A stretch of 32,000 nucleotides of DNA, taken from Xanthomonas campestris pv. campestris str. ATCC 33913. GTDB lineage: Bacteria > Pseudomonadota > Gammaproteobacteria > Xanthomonadales > Xanthomonadaceae. Of this stretch, positions 31,249-32,000 are shown piece by piece. The first letter of the stretch is position 1; each line of letters starts with the position of its first letter. The stretch covers positions 1,627,436 through 1,659,435 of the forward strand of contig NC_003902.1 in assembly GCF_000007145.1 (NCBI RefSeq), written 5' to 3'. Below the pieces are notes generated by a model, which saw nothing but the letters and a program-made list of their open reading frames with translations, had not been told where the DNA came from and made no database searches. Made by a program: the position numbers and the translations under genes.

Positions 31249-32000
31249 TCAAGCGGGCAAGCCAAACAGCCGCCGCGCATTGGCGCTGGTCTGCGCCGCG
31301 ATCGCTTCGGCCGGCTCGCCGCGCAGCTGCGCAATGCAGTCCAGCACGGTGCGCAGGCGCGCCGGTTCGTTGCGTTGCCCGCGAATCTCCGCGTCCGGCT
31401 GATCGGGCGCATCGGTTTCCAGCAGCAGATGCTCTAGCGGCATCTGCGCGGCCAAGCCGCGCAGGCGATTGGCGCGCGGATAGGTGACTGGCCCGCCAAG
31501 GCCGATCATGAAATCCAGCTTCCACAATTGCTGTGCCTGTTCCGGGCTGCCGGCAAAGCTGTGCACCACGCCGCGGATGCCGCCTACCGCCTTGATGCGC
31601 GCAATGACCTCCTCGACGGCGCGGCGCGCATGCACGATCAGCGGCAGATCGAAGCGCTTGGCGAGCTGTAGCTGGCCATCGAAGTAGTGCCGCTGGGTCT
31701 GCGCATCCAGGCCGTCGAGAAAGAAATCCAGGCCGCATTCGCCGATGGCGCACGGGCGCTCGCGCGCAATCCACTCGGCCAGCAATTCCAGATGTTCAGG
31801 ACGATGCAGGTCCAGAAAGATCGGGTGCAGCCCGTACGCGGGGTGCAGGCCCGGTGCCAGCGCGCAGGCTTCACGCAGGCCTGGCCAGCTGGCGGCGGTG
31901 ATCGCCGGCACCACCTGCTGCATGACGCCGGCGGCCTTTGCCCGCGCAATCACCGCGGCGCGGTCGGCGTCGAACTCGCTTGCGTCCAGATGGCAGTGGC
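31249..32000 (-). CDS. TatD-family metal-dependent hydrolase (partial; the 5' end lies beyond the right edge)
   Basis: The track ORF 31249..31953 begins at an internal Met. The frame stays open to the window edge and reads ...HCHLDASEFDADRAAVIARAKAAGV, the N-terminal HxH metal-ligand motif of TatD. Further on are HSF..., ETDAPDQ. Confidence 0.88.
   Translation of the reverse strand, partial: HCHLDASEFDADRAAVIARAKAAGVMQQVVPAITAASWPGLREACALAPGLHPAYGLHPIFLDLHRPEHLELLAEWIARERPCAIGECGLDFFLDGLDAQTQRHYFDGQLQLAKRFDLPLIVHARRAVEEVIARIKAVGGIRGVVHSFAGSPEQAQQLWKLDFMIGLGGPVTYPRANRLRGLAAQMPLEHLLLETDAPDQPDAEIRGQRNEPARLRTVLDCIAQLRGEPAEAIAAQTSANARRLFGLPA

Overview
This is a high-GC window that looks like Xanthomonas-type (Lysobacteraceae) core chromosome. 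I can support 28 protein-coding genes (two of them cut by the window edges), one tRNA-Leu(CAG), several intrinsic terminators, three candidate operator palindromes and two kinds of intergenic repeat. In order, the content is: a partial cupin/AraC-type regulator; a MarR + outer-membrane factor + EmrA + EmrB tripartite MFS efflux operon (emrRCAB-like); two divergent secreted proteins of unknown function next to tRNA-Leu; a GH3 beta-glucosidase; an M14 carboxypeptidase; a POT peptide transporter followed closely by a rhomboid protease; a 66-aa acidic orphan; a small GNAT-like protein; a DUF3298-type lipoprotein; a second MarR; peptidyl-dipeptidase Dcp; glutathione peroxidase; ferredoxin-NADP reductase; a fused ABC exporter; class I fumarase; a cysteine-rich secreted protein followed by a GST; a Tat-signal beta-carbonic anhydrase; OM phospholipase A; a DUF456 membrane protein; a CspA-type cold-shock protein; a glycine-zipper lipoprotein; a membrane-anchored cytochrome c-prime-like protein; TcdA; and a partial TatD hydrolase. 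I found no CRISPR array, transposase, integrase, reverse transcriptase, or recognisable defence or toxin-antitoxin module, so I cannot honestly name a clear new multi-gene system here. The least explained signals are: (1) a ~140-nt structured element made of inverted GGGAATC heptamer arrays, with G-quadruplex motifs on both strands, lying between the ABC exporter stop codon and the fpr promoter; (2) a secreted 10-Cys protein with mirror-image cysteine spacing, followed 28 nt later by a GST; (3) a 66-aa acidic orphan with a strong coding signature; (4) a ~2 kb block with atypical codon usage at the 3' side of tRNA-Leu; (5) a ~460-nt GC-rich untranslated stretch ahead of the POT-rhomboid pair. 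All family calls rest on motifs I recognise in the translations. No database search was run.
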